NCBI GenBank assembly: GCA_963842945.1
Contig: CAWJIM010000004.1
Coordinates: forward strand, 84,441-148,440
Length of the DNA: 64,000 nucleotides
Source of the DNA: an uncultured Gemmatimonadales bacterium
GTDB taxonomy: Bacteria > Gemmatimonadota > Gemmatimonadetes > Gemmatimonadales > GWC2-71-9
Direction of reading: 5' to 3'
Position numbers and translations under genes: made by a program
Notes under the pieces: model-generated
What the model was told of the DNA's origin: nothing
The model's database searches: none
The model's input: the letters and a program-made list of their open reading frames with translations, nothing else
Shown here: positions 43,127-52,797 of the stretch, one piece after another
How positions within the stretch are numbered: the stretch's first letter is position 1
Layout of the letters: each line of letters opens with the position of its first letter

Positions 43127-43554
43127 GCCGAAAATCCGTTCCCGGCCCCGGACCAAAGCTTTGCGAGTTCTTGCCAAGTTTAGGTACTCCGAGAGATTCT
43201 GGTCTTCACTTCGGAATCCCTTTCGCGACGCGCATCTTTCGGCTCGGTCATGGCTGTAATGGCCAATCCAGATCCTCTATGATCAGGGCTATGGAATGCT
43301 GCTCGAAAGGGCCGGCATAGAAAAAAGCTGATAAGTGGCCTGGGGCTCGGCCTTCGAACCGCCGTTCAAGGCCGTTTGAGTTTGAGGGTGCTGTCGAGGA
43401 TGTCGGACCGACCCAGTGGCCACTTATGCTCAGAGTCGCTTGTGTCTATTCAACTGAACAAAAAAATGAGAAACAGGATGCCCTAACCGCGGAGCTCATC
43501 CTGGAAGGAGTTGCCAGAAACCAAGGTTCCACAGTTCCGCTGTATATTGTCCCG

Positions 43555-44924
43555 TCATCGTAACAGCTCTAACGCGAAGACATAAGCAAGCTTGGGTGGG
43601 ACGGCATTACCGATCATTTCCACCAACTCTCTCCGACTGAACTATCCGCGGCACTAGAAAAATTGTAGAAATCAGGTATGAACTGGATGCGGGCAGCCTC
43701 TCTTGGAGTTAAAGTCCGCCTGTCCTCCGGATGGGACGAATCTGCCCCGACCCATTGTATCGAAGCCCCCGGTTATCGTAGGCGCGATAGATTCTCCCAT
43801 CTCAGTCGACCATAGACCGAGTTGTAGGTGTGGGTCTTCTCGCGATGGCAGAAGGGGCGCAAACGATTCGGGAGATTGTACTTGTCATTGTCGAACAGGT
43901 AGTCTATGCGTCGACGGGTCTTTTCGACCGGAACGGAAGGTCTGATTCATGAAAGAATCGGACGTTTGCCCGACCAGATCACCGATAGCCCACCTCAGAT
44001 CTCGCAAAGGGCATGCGTAGCGCTCGACGATGGTCCGAATGGTTGGCACTGGATAACGTACGCGACCACGTCCCTTGACGCGTACGGCCATCGATAAGTA
44101 CGCCGACGATGGGATTGGGGAACTCCCAACTTAGAAAGGTCCACTAGGCACTCTTCAACGTGGTAGCCCAGGGATTGTAGAGCTACCAGGGTTCGCTGGA
44201 CAACCCTGCCCTTGTCATGACGAACCGTCACCACGTTCTCGATTAGAATAAACCGAGGTGAATACAGTTTCGCGAAACGTGCGACGCGGAAGTAGCAGGT
44301 CATTCCTTGGATCGTTGCGCCTGGTTGCATTGTTGAGGTTGGAGTGTCCCTGACAGGGGGGTCCGGCTACTACGAAATCTGACCTGCCCCATGTTACGTC
44401 CCAGCCATCTTTCTACCTTAGATTCCTCTTTCTCAACCCGACTTGCCAAACAGCTCGCTCAGGTCAATGGGGATCTGCTATAGCCGTGTTGAAGTTGGTG
44501 CGTGTATACCCCCAAAGCGGTAGAATTAAGATCAAATGCACCTACCGACCTGAATTGCAATCCCAGTGCTCGACAGGCCTCCGCCACTCCAAGCGACATC
44601 GCCCCGCATCCACAGAATAGATCGGCCACCCTGAGTTCTCCCACTCCGTTCCACACTGGTGGCACTTGATCTCTGTAGGTAAAGGGCATCGGCAGCCGCG
44701 TGAGTATCCAGCGGCCAGACGCGGTCACCCAGCCGACCCATAGCCGTCGACGTCGACGGCAGCGAAGATTCTCGCCGCTCCACCTCACGAACGATCTCGC
44801 GAGTTTGAGGATCAATCCAGAAGGTCTGGGGAGATGTAAGGGTTTTTGATATTGTAGCGGCATCGTTAAGGACAGCATCCTCGAGCTTATCCAAGAACAG
44901 CTGAACATCCCCGATGACACTCAT
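43555..44924 (-). CDS. dcm: C5 DNA cytosine methyltransferase with N-terminal extension, several frameshifts
   Basis: Motif I DLFCGCG, IV GPPCQGHS, VI IENV, VIII GVPQS.RRR, IX TLTPREAARIQ, X EMIGNAVPPKLA. Confidence 0.9.
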
Positions 44925-44954
44925 TGAAACCCTCGACTCTATTAGAGTCGAGCG

Positions 44955-45426
44955 CTACGCACGCAGTATTTTGTTCTTCACGCGGCGACGTCTCGGAATA
45001 ACCAGACCCCTTCGTATCTGCTGGCGTAGCGACCTGCGATCTATTGTCTCACACTCCCAAATTGTCAAGAGCGTAAAACCGAGGCGAGCGAGCGCGTTCG
45101 CGTTTTTTTGGTCCCTCTCGACATTCTGCTCGAATTTATGCCGCCAAAAAGCCGCATTTGCCTTAGGTGTTGTAGCTCTGGCGCATGCCTGGTGTCGGTG
45201 CCAAAAGCACCCGTTGACGAAGATGGCAAATTTCTTAGAGGCGTTCGCCATGTCGGGCGACCCCGGCAAGGATCTTACATTTAGCCGGTAACGTAGTCCC
45301 AGCTCCGAAAGCACTTGTCTAACGGCGGTCCCTCGGGGCCGGTGCCCCGCTGACGCACCGACCCCATGAGGCGAGATCTCTCGGGAGTAGTAGTAGGGAT
45401 GAGCCTGGTGTCGCGGTCCCACTCAC
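44955..45426 (-). CDS. vsr: Very short patch repair endonuclease, frameshifted
   Basis: RSRLMGSVRQRGTGPE, LPGSPD, AIFVNGCFWHRH, FWRHKFEQNVERD, IWECE. Confidence 0.92.
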
Positions 45427-45499
45427 CGCTCTGATCTCCTCCAATCGCGACCAGCCTGATACTCCTTCTGCTCTTTCGACGAGCTCCCATTTATGGATC

Positions 45500-46323
45500 T
45501 CAAGCTTCAATTAGCTCGTGGGCCTTTTTCGATCCCTTCTGTTTCTCAGGTTCTCCCGCCAAACTGGTGAACCACTGTGCCAGTTCCTCGATAGCCGCCG
45601 GGGGCGCATAGCCATCATTTGGACCCTGGACATCTCCATTCAAGACTTCCTTTATACTGGGTTTTTCGGTCCACCATTCTTCATCGCGCCGGCCGTCGAG
45701 CTCGGCGAGGCCGATGGCCTCAAGCGCTCTAAGTGATAGGTAGGCGTTTAGTCGCTTACTCAGGCCCTTCATTTGTTCGAAACCCAGGTCGAGTCCGGCC
45801 GCTACTCTTCCGAACGCGATCACAGCAGGTCGGTACATGGAGTACTTCAGCTCCATGGCATATTGAGCAGTGGAGGGGTCTCGGAGAACGTTCCGGATTT
45901 CCTTAAGCTAGGCCCATTTCGGGCCATCCGGCAGACCAAGAGACTTCCGCCAGGGCGTTTCTGCTGTACCCTCCAGTGTAACGATACATCGTCACATGGT
46001 CGCCAGTTCCCCAGCGATGCATGGTATAAGACAGGCCCACTTTGATGGTCAACCAAGTCCAAAATCCACGGTCCCCGGCGATTCGTCTGGGGATTCCTCA
46101 GCGCAAAGTGAACTCGTGGCGCTAGCCACTGATCAAGCTCGCGCTCCTTCTCCATCTCCTGTTGCAGGGCATAGGTCAGAAGGTTCTCTACGAGTTCGCT
46201 ATCGATAGAAAGACTATCATCCAGCACAACCTGGTAATCATCCAATGGCAATTCAGTCCTTCTACTCCTGACATCGGGCCCCAACGAAGCTTCAATCTGC
46301 TTCTTCACGCTATAGATCGTCAT
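45500..46323 (-). CDS. DUF6339-like protein, frameshifted (true end may be near 45423)
   Basis: DQWLAPRVHFALR..GDRGFWTWL..W.AEMARNGP matches my recollection of the DUF6339 pattern; ATGA overlap with the upstream gene. Confidence 0.6.
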
Positions 46324-47388
46324 TCGGAGACCACCTCCAAGGTCTTGTCGGCGGCTCGTTCGGCTCGACTTCCGATCAGGCTCGACGTCTTAGTGACTTC
46401 CTGTGCGGCGGCCGAGAGAAGTGCCATCAATGTTCCTATTTGCTCGCCGGATCTGAGTTCGGCCAAGCGGCTTAGCCGCTCACCTTCAGGCACGTTGTGG
46501 AAGACATGAGCAAGCAACGTTCTGATCACCGCTTGCTTCCATCCATCTGCTGGCATCTGTACGTCTTCCGTCTCTTCACTAGTATCAAGGCTTGCGACAG
46601 TTGGCGCGAAGAGCGGCAGCCACACCGCTGAAGCCGAGGACGGCTTGCCCAGGTGACGCATGACTGCTGCGCCTCCTCTGAGCTTCTTGCTGTGTAATGC
46701 TGCTCGGAAAGCTGGCTATTTCGGGAGTTCAGATAGAGGCCTGGCTCAATGTCGTTGAGATCTAGATCGAAAACGAGGCTGCTGTGATCCTTACGCCAAC
46801 CGTTGTTGGAGTGTTGAAAGTCTTCCCACCGAAATCTTTAGCAGCCCCTGCAGGGACCTGACGAGGGGGTCGACCACAAGATCAAGAGATCTACCCTCAG
46901 CGACTATGAAGGCATTTCACGAGCGATTCTAAGAATTCATCGCCGTTCATCCCCGGTAGATCGGTTCGGCGAACCAGGCGAGGGGTCAAGCGAACCGTTC
47001 CCCGACGTCCTCCCTCCGTATGATCACATCGCCCTTCCATCGGCCACCATCAAATGCCAGAGTAATGACTTCACGTAGCCGAGTTGGCGAACAGGTTATT
47101 GTAGGCTAGCAGGTTAGCGTCGTCGTCACTGGGCTGCGATGGCTCCGGTAGTACCCTCTTCAGTTCCTCCTCCGGGAGGGAAGCCTCGAGATTTAAGTGC
47201 AGGCGGCTCCATTTTACATCTGCTCGGCTGAGATCGAGAGTCTGAACCTCTTCGTCACTTTCCTCCTCACGGAGTAACCACTTCAGATCCATGTCCTCGT
47301 AATCCGGATCGTATGGATCAGACTGCGGCGAGACTCGAGAGAGTTGGTTCGAGATTTCATAGGGATACAGCCTCTTCGTTCGCGGCAT
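46320..47388 (-). CDS. Uncharacterised ~355-aa protein, second gene of the island operon, frameshifted
   Basis: Starts 1 bp after the ATPase stop (MPRTKRLYPYE); fragments GRWKGDVIIRR..VRLTPRLVR, EDFQHSNNGW, PGLYLNS; stop overlaps the next ATG. Confidence 0.65.
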
Positions 47389-47389
47389 A

Positions 47390-49586
47390 TCAGCCAGCCT
47401 CCTTAAGTTCTTCTAGACTGAGATCCAGCTTGGCTCTGCATTGTGCTGCTATGACACCCTCCGCCTCAGCCAATGTCTTACCCTGGAAGGCGATCGTTCG
47501 GGAGTTTGGACCAGCCTCAAAGGATCCATCTGCAGAGATCCATTCCCTACCTTGCTTGTACTTCAACTCTGCCCACGGTAGCGGAATGGCTGCACCACTT
47601 TCGACGTCAATCGCATGCTCTGGGTGTGATGCGGAGGCGTTTGCGTTTATCGTTGAAACTGACCTCGGCCTGGATATGCCAAGCTCCATCTACCAACTGT
47701 GGACGGATACTCCTTAGCGTGGCTGCTGGTGCAGGCGGTGGTGGTGCGTTGCCGAACTGAAGCAGTCTCCTCAATTCCTCCGGCCCTTCATCTTCGGCTA
47801 CAATCTCAGGCTTGACAGCTTCGCGTAGAGCTTTGGTAATGTCTTCCTTCAGCTCCTTGAGGTGCTGCTTGGAGCCCAGTTTGAAGCTGACTTTTAGAGC
47901 GGGCTGGTAGGACCAATCACTGATGAGCCGGCGGTTCCGCCAACCGCAGGAACTGTTCGGCGGCGAGTTGAGCGGGGTCAGTTCCCGCGGCATCACCGGC
48001 CAGCAGGATGGCGTGAAATGTCCGAGCCCCCATAGCCACGCCGTCACGATTCCAGTACTGCGTGACCATATCCGGCCCCGAACCATTGCTACTGTGTTGG
48101 CGAGTCCGAGGTGAAGCTCCTTCCGCCTCATTTTCATCCAATCTGACCAAGAGATGGCACTGGGCGCTCACTTCGTTTGTATAGGCTTCGACTCCTTCGG
48201 CATCGTCACGAGTACCTGGGACCCTGATCGTAATTGTTCTGCGTGTGACCTCTCCCGGGCGATCCAGTTCGTCGGTCACCTCGCCTGCCTGATGCTTTCG
48301 CAGCGAGTCACAAAACTCGGGCACGAACCGATCGGGATCGACGTTTTCGCCGCTGCGGAGCTGTCCGTCCACGGTGTGCTCGATCCTCACTCGAAGTCGG
48401 TCGGGGCTATCATGGCAGGGAAAAAGTTCTCGGCAGCAGCCCGCGCGATCTCTGTGATGAGGGTCGTGACATCCGGCCTGGCCTCCGCCTCGGGATCTCG
48501 GAACGCCAGAACGAGTGCGCTCGTACCCCCCATACTATGTGGGTCTACTCCAGGCGGAGGGGGCGACTCGCGGTCGAGCTGCAGGTCCCGCAGATATTCA
48601 GGATCGTCTAGCCACAGGGAGTGACCGAGATTCTTGGTACCGAACTACCAGGACCTGCATATGTTGGCCCTATTGCGCGCCAGATAATCCAGCTCGCCCG
48701 GCCACTGGTCGCTTCTCCTCAGACGTTCCCTTCCCTTCCTGCGGGAGCCGAGCCGCGACCAACACGTGGATAGGTCAGAGCAGTTCCAGAGAACGGCCTT
48801 ACCGAGGCCGTATCCACCACCGTCAAGGGCGCGCTTCCAGATGTCCAGTGTTGCGGACCAGTGCGGCGTAAGGGCTGCTGCGCTGCCCTTCATCTTCTGC
48901 GGTTGGATCCAACTCAGGCCCTGGAAGACCAATCGTTCCATAATCATCCACTCGTAGCAGCAACAGAGTATTCTCTGAATCTATGCGCTGGAGGCCATCC
49001 CCGAGTAGCCTGAAACACAAGAGCGGCCTTGGACTGCTCGCTCGAGGTGAGCTCTCAAGGTTGCAAACTCAATGGATTCTAGAAAACGCTCGTACTGCAC
49101 GTTTCCTTTCGTTAATTCGATCAGACTGTACCGCATGTATACACGCGAAGGCGTGTTGCCGATGCGGCGCGCTGCATCGGAACTGTTCTGTCCCAGCTCC
49201 CTGACTAAAGTCGGGATATCGGGTGGAGTGGCGAAGATATTGGCGTTGCCGAAGTCCCTACCGCCATCTGGTGGTCCAGGTCGGAACCACCAGCCTTTGA
49301 TGCTGCTAGTGACCATGTGTCCTCCATGGATTCGTGAATGCAACAACTCCTTCGTTTGCCTTGGGTCGGCCGGCGCGTCTCCGTTCGCTAGCCACCCCTG
49401 GTTTACCCTGAGAATTCTTGCGATCTCGGAGAGTGCCTTCGGTGGACATGCTCGGTAGCCGGTGAGCCAATGAGATACGAGAGCGGGCTTTCGACCAAGC
49501 AGCTCCGCTAACTCCGATGCTTTCAGCCCCCGTTTGGAGAGGCTTTGCCGTATTCGCCGACCTACCGGCTCATCCTGGTCTTTCAC
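47390..49586 (-). CDS. XRE-HTH fused to a GHKL (MutL/MORC-like) ATPase, ~730 aa, frameshifted
   Basis: HTH LKASELAELLGRKPALVSHWLTG; GHKL boxes LVRELGQNSSDA, RVDDYGTIGL, GGGYGLGKA, GTSALV; later EQFLRLAEPPAH; AAGGA RBS. Confidence 0.75.
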
Positions 49587-50111
49587 GGCGTCCTTTCTTC
49601 TGGTGAACCCTTATGGGCCAAAAAGCGCGCTTTCGGGGCTGATTGACGCGGATATACTACGGTGTATATTGAACCAGCGCAAGGGGGGGGCTGGTATACA
49701 GGTACCATTGGTACCATTGGTCAAGCGCTCAGCAGCGCGCGCTCCTCCTCGGTAACTGCGTGGTGCAAAGCTGGTTGCGAGCAAAGCCTGACGCAGCTTG
49801 CTAATGAAGCACTTTACGCTTCATCGTGATGGCCAGGACGTGGGGGCGCGGTCAAAGCTTCAATGTGTCCATAGGTTCTTGCCGGCGACTGAGAGTGGCG
49901 GCGGCGCTAGCCAGAACGGAGCTTAGAGAGGACGTGGAATCGTCCCTCCACAGTGCCAGCACTGATATCTGTACTCTTCATTTCGTCTTAGACCACGGGT
50001 GGCGCAACGGCATTGGGTCAGGAGCACAGAGTAACTGGATGGCCGAAACAGCGTTGTTGATCGCCGGTCCGGAACTGAGAACGTGAGGAGATGAACCGTG
50101 AGGGACATCTA

Positions 50112-50590
50112 ATGGACGAGATCCTGGAGCGATTCCGAGCGTATTCCTTGGAATTATGCTCCAAGAGATGCCGCAGCCGGCGAAGAGTTGAATAGACGGA
50201 TTGCCGAAGTAGGCAGAGCACAGAGGACTGATTACGTATTCAGATCTGGTTAGAGGAGTGACTTTCAATCTGCCTAACCTTAGTGAGCCAAGACATCGTA
50301 TTGACCCCATGGACTGGCAGGATCTGGATCGAGCTATCATTGGAGACTTTTTGGGGTATATGAGCATGGAGAGCTATGAACGAGCAGGCTTCTTCGCCAG
50401 TGCTCTTGCTGTGAGCAAGTCAGAAGGTTCCCCGGGTGAGGGATTCTATAGCTTACTGAAAGAACTGGGTCTAATAGCTGGCTCTAGGACGGACAAAGCA
50501 TTGTACATCTGGTCGGACCACGTCGCTGAAGGCACACGACTGGTATGCAGGCAAAGGTGGGTGCATCGTGAGCCACTGTGTCATCGATAA
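50112..50590 (+). CDS. Small winged-helix-like protein typical of defence loci, frameshifted
   Basis: LITYSDLV..LGYMSMESYERAGFFASALAVSK..PGEGFYSLLKELG. Confidence 0.55.
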
Positions 50591-50722
50591 AACGCCGAAG
50601 GCTTGGTAGGAATCTCATTACTGTCTGACAAGGTGCGCTTGACACTGGTGTAAGAATAAAGGAACATCCCTGCAGAACATTTGGCTAATGGGTCGGACAG
50701 ACAAAATTCTCGGAGCTCCGCC

Positions 50723-51200
50723 ATGCGCAAGTCGAGAAATCCCTCGTGGGTCGAAGAGGAAGATGTACTAGCATTAGAGCTATACCACAAGCTGGATTTC
50801 GGACATAATTCCGGAAAATTCCATCCAAGTGCACCACAAATTGTGGAGCTGAGCACTCTTCTGCTAAAAAGCTTCCATTTCATTCCCCCGAGCAACGTGC
50901 AGTGACCTTTAGGAACCCAAATGGTGTATACAAGAAATTGTGCAATCTGTTAGCGATTGATCCGGCATATAACAGAAGGGGGCTCCAACAAAACTCCAGA
51001 ATGGACCGATATGTTTGGCCAAGTACTCCGGCCGCACTGAGCTACTTAGAGAAAAGGCGCAAGCGATCGAGCCCTCGGGACAGATCAGAACTACGCCAGC
51101 AGGTATGCGGTCGCCGAAGAAGGGACGCGCGCTGGACGCGACCAAGGCGTACTCTCATGGATGCGGAACGGCGGACCGTGAACTAATTCCACGCGTCTGA
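50723..51200 (+). pseudogene. N-terminal domain of an McrA-like HNH restriction endonuclease, HNH domain absent
   Basis: RNPSWVEEEDVLALELY..IVELS.LL..FRNPNGVYKKLCNLLAIDP..GL..DRYVW. Confidence 0.65.
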
Positions 51201-51237
51201 TGCCCGGGCTGGATCGATCCCGGACGATTGAGTTCGG

Positions 51238-51262
51238 CCCCCTCGCCTCGCTCGGGGTGACA
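51238..51262. repeat. REP-like half palindrome at the right edge of the island
   Basis: ccccctcgcctcgctcggggtgaca, same family as 61192-61259. Confidence 0.6.
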
Positions 51263-51314
51263 AGTTAGAGATCGCTCGCTGGCGCGATCGAGTCCGCCGC
51301 CCCAGATTCGGCGA

Positions 51315-52272
51315 ATGGCAATGACCACACCCACCCTCGCGGGTCCGCATCGCAAGCCGTACGACGAGGAGATCGATGTCTACGGCCTCACCCATGCGGG
51401 AAAGGTTCGCGACCGAGAATCAGGATCACTTCCTCATCTGTGCCCTGAAGAAGCAGCTGGAAATCCGCCTGACCAGCCTGCCCGAATACCATAGCACCAG
51501 GGCCGAGCCCGAGCGGCTCGCCTTTCTCATGATGGTCGCCGACGGGGTCGGCGGCGGGGTCAAAGGCGAAGCGGCCAGCCGGACGGCAGTCGAGGCGGTA
51601 ACGCAGTACGTCGAGCACGGGATGCGCTGCTACTATGCCGCCGGCGCAGCCGACGATCGGGAGTTCTACGAGGCGCTCCAGGAAGGGGCATTCCTGACCC
51701 ATGTGGAGCTGCTGCGGCGGGGCGAAATCGATCCGGAGTACCGCGGCATGGCCACCACGCTCACGCTCTATCTTGGCGTCTGGCCTCGGGCCTACCTGCT
51801 CCAGGTAGGCGACAGCCGCTGCTACCTGCTGAAGCGCGGCGTCTTATCTCAGATCACCCGCGACCAGACCATGGCGCAGGAGCTGGTCGATCTCGGCGTC
51901 ATGAGTCATGCAGAGGCCTCGGGAAGCCGGCTCGCGCACACGCTCTCCAGCTCGATCGGCGGTCGCCAAAGCGCGCCGGCGGTCACCCGGCTCGATGTCG
52001 ATTGGGGCAATGTCGCCCTCCTCTGCAGCGATGGGCTCACCAACCACGTCTCCGACGACCGGATCCGCGAGCGGCTCAGCTCGATGACCTCGGCAAAACA
52101 GGTGTGTGAGGATCTGCTGGAGGAGGCATTCGCCGGGGGCGGGACCGACAACATCACGCTGATCGTCGCGAGGGCCGTGCTGCGGGAGAGCAGCCCAGGT
52201 GAGCCCGACGTGACCGCGATCAACTCGCCGATCTCTGGAAGCGGCGCTCCAGAGGATTACCCTGAGGCCTAA
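51315..52272 (+). CDS. PP2C-family Ser/Thr protein phosphatase, frameshift near the N-terminus
   Basis: GLTHAGKVR/ENQD, VADGVGG, GMATT, VGDSRCY, LLCSDGL, GGTDNIT. Confidence 0.92.
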
Positions 52273-52715
52273 GCAGTAACTCCCAGCTGCTGCAGCATGG
52301 TCGCCATGTCGAAGTAGTGCCGTTGCAACCTGGCCTTCTCACCAGCCATCTCGGTGACCACGCAGGCTCGGACGTCGATCCGCTTTCCCGTCGCCGGGAT
52401 CGGGCCCGACGGGGTCGGGAGCGGTCCCTTGTGGGTCCCGCGCCAGGTCACCTCGAGCACCACGGTGTTGTCGCCCGGGAGCGAGCGATCGAACGAGGCC
52501 TCGGCATCGGGGAAGGCCCCCGCCCACCCTTGCCAAAGCGGCATCACCTGATCGACGCCGGCGACCTTTCGGTGGGTGGCAATTTCATCGTACACGAAGT
52601 CCGCCGTGATGCTGGCGCGGACTGCGTCCCAGTCCTTCCGGTTAAACGCCCGGAGCGGGGCTTGAGCCGCGTCGATGAGCTGCTGCTGCGAAAGCAGGGT
52701 TGATTGCGCCGCCAT
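52269..52715 (-). CDS. SnoaL-like ester cyclase (NTF2 fold)
   Basis: AFPD..TWRGTHKGPL..PATGKRI..YFDMATMLQQLG; GGAGG RBS. Confidence 0.88.
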   Translation of the reverse strand: MAAQSTLLSQQQLIDAAQAPLRAFNRKDWDAVRASITADFVYDEIATHRKVAGVDQVMPLWQGWAGAFPDAEASFDRSLPGDNTVVLEVTWRGTHKGPLPTPSGPIPATGKRIDVRACVVTEMAGEKARLQRHYFDMATMLQQLGVTA

Positions 52716-52797
52716 GGAATCCTCCTTGCTACGGGGTTGTTGGGAATCCGCGAGACCTTACCGGCCAGTACCAGGCCGGTCAAGGCGGCGACGAACC

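Larger units (their letters stand above)
42329..51237. mobile_element. Lower-GC horizontally acquired defence island (no integrase seen)
   Basis: Two hand-counted 60-base lines gave 45% and 50% GC against visibly GC-richer flanks; CTAG is frequent; contains Dcm, Vsr, GHKL and McrA-like genes; REP elements at both ends. Confidence 0.75.

Noticed and set aside
42329..51237. Prophage, or a known BREX, DISARM, Dnd or MutL-Z1-AIPR system
   Set aside because: No phage structural genes, PglZ, Drm helicases, Dnd genes, Z1 or AIPR motifs were recognisable.
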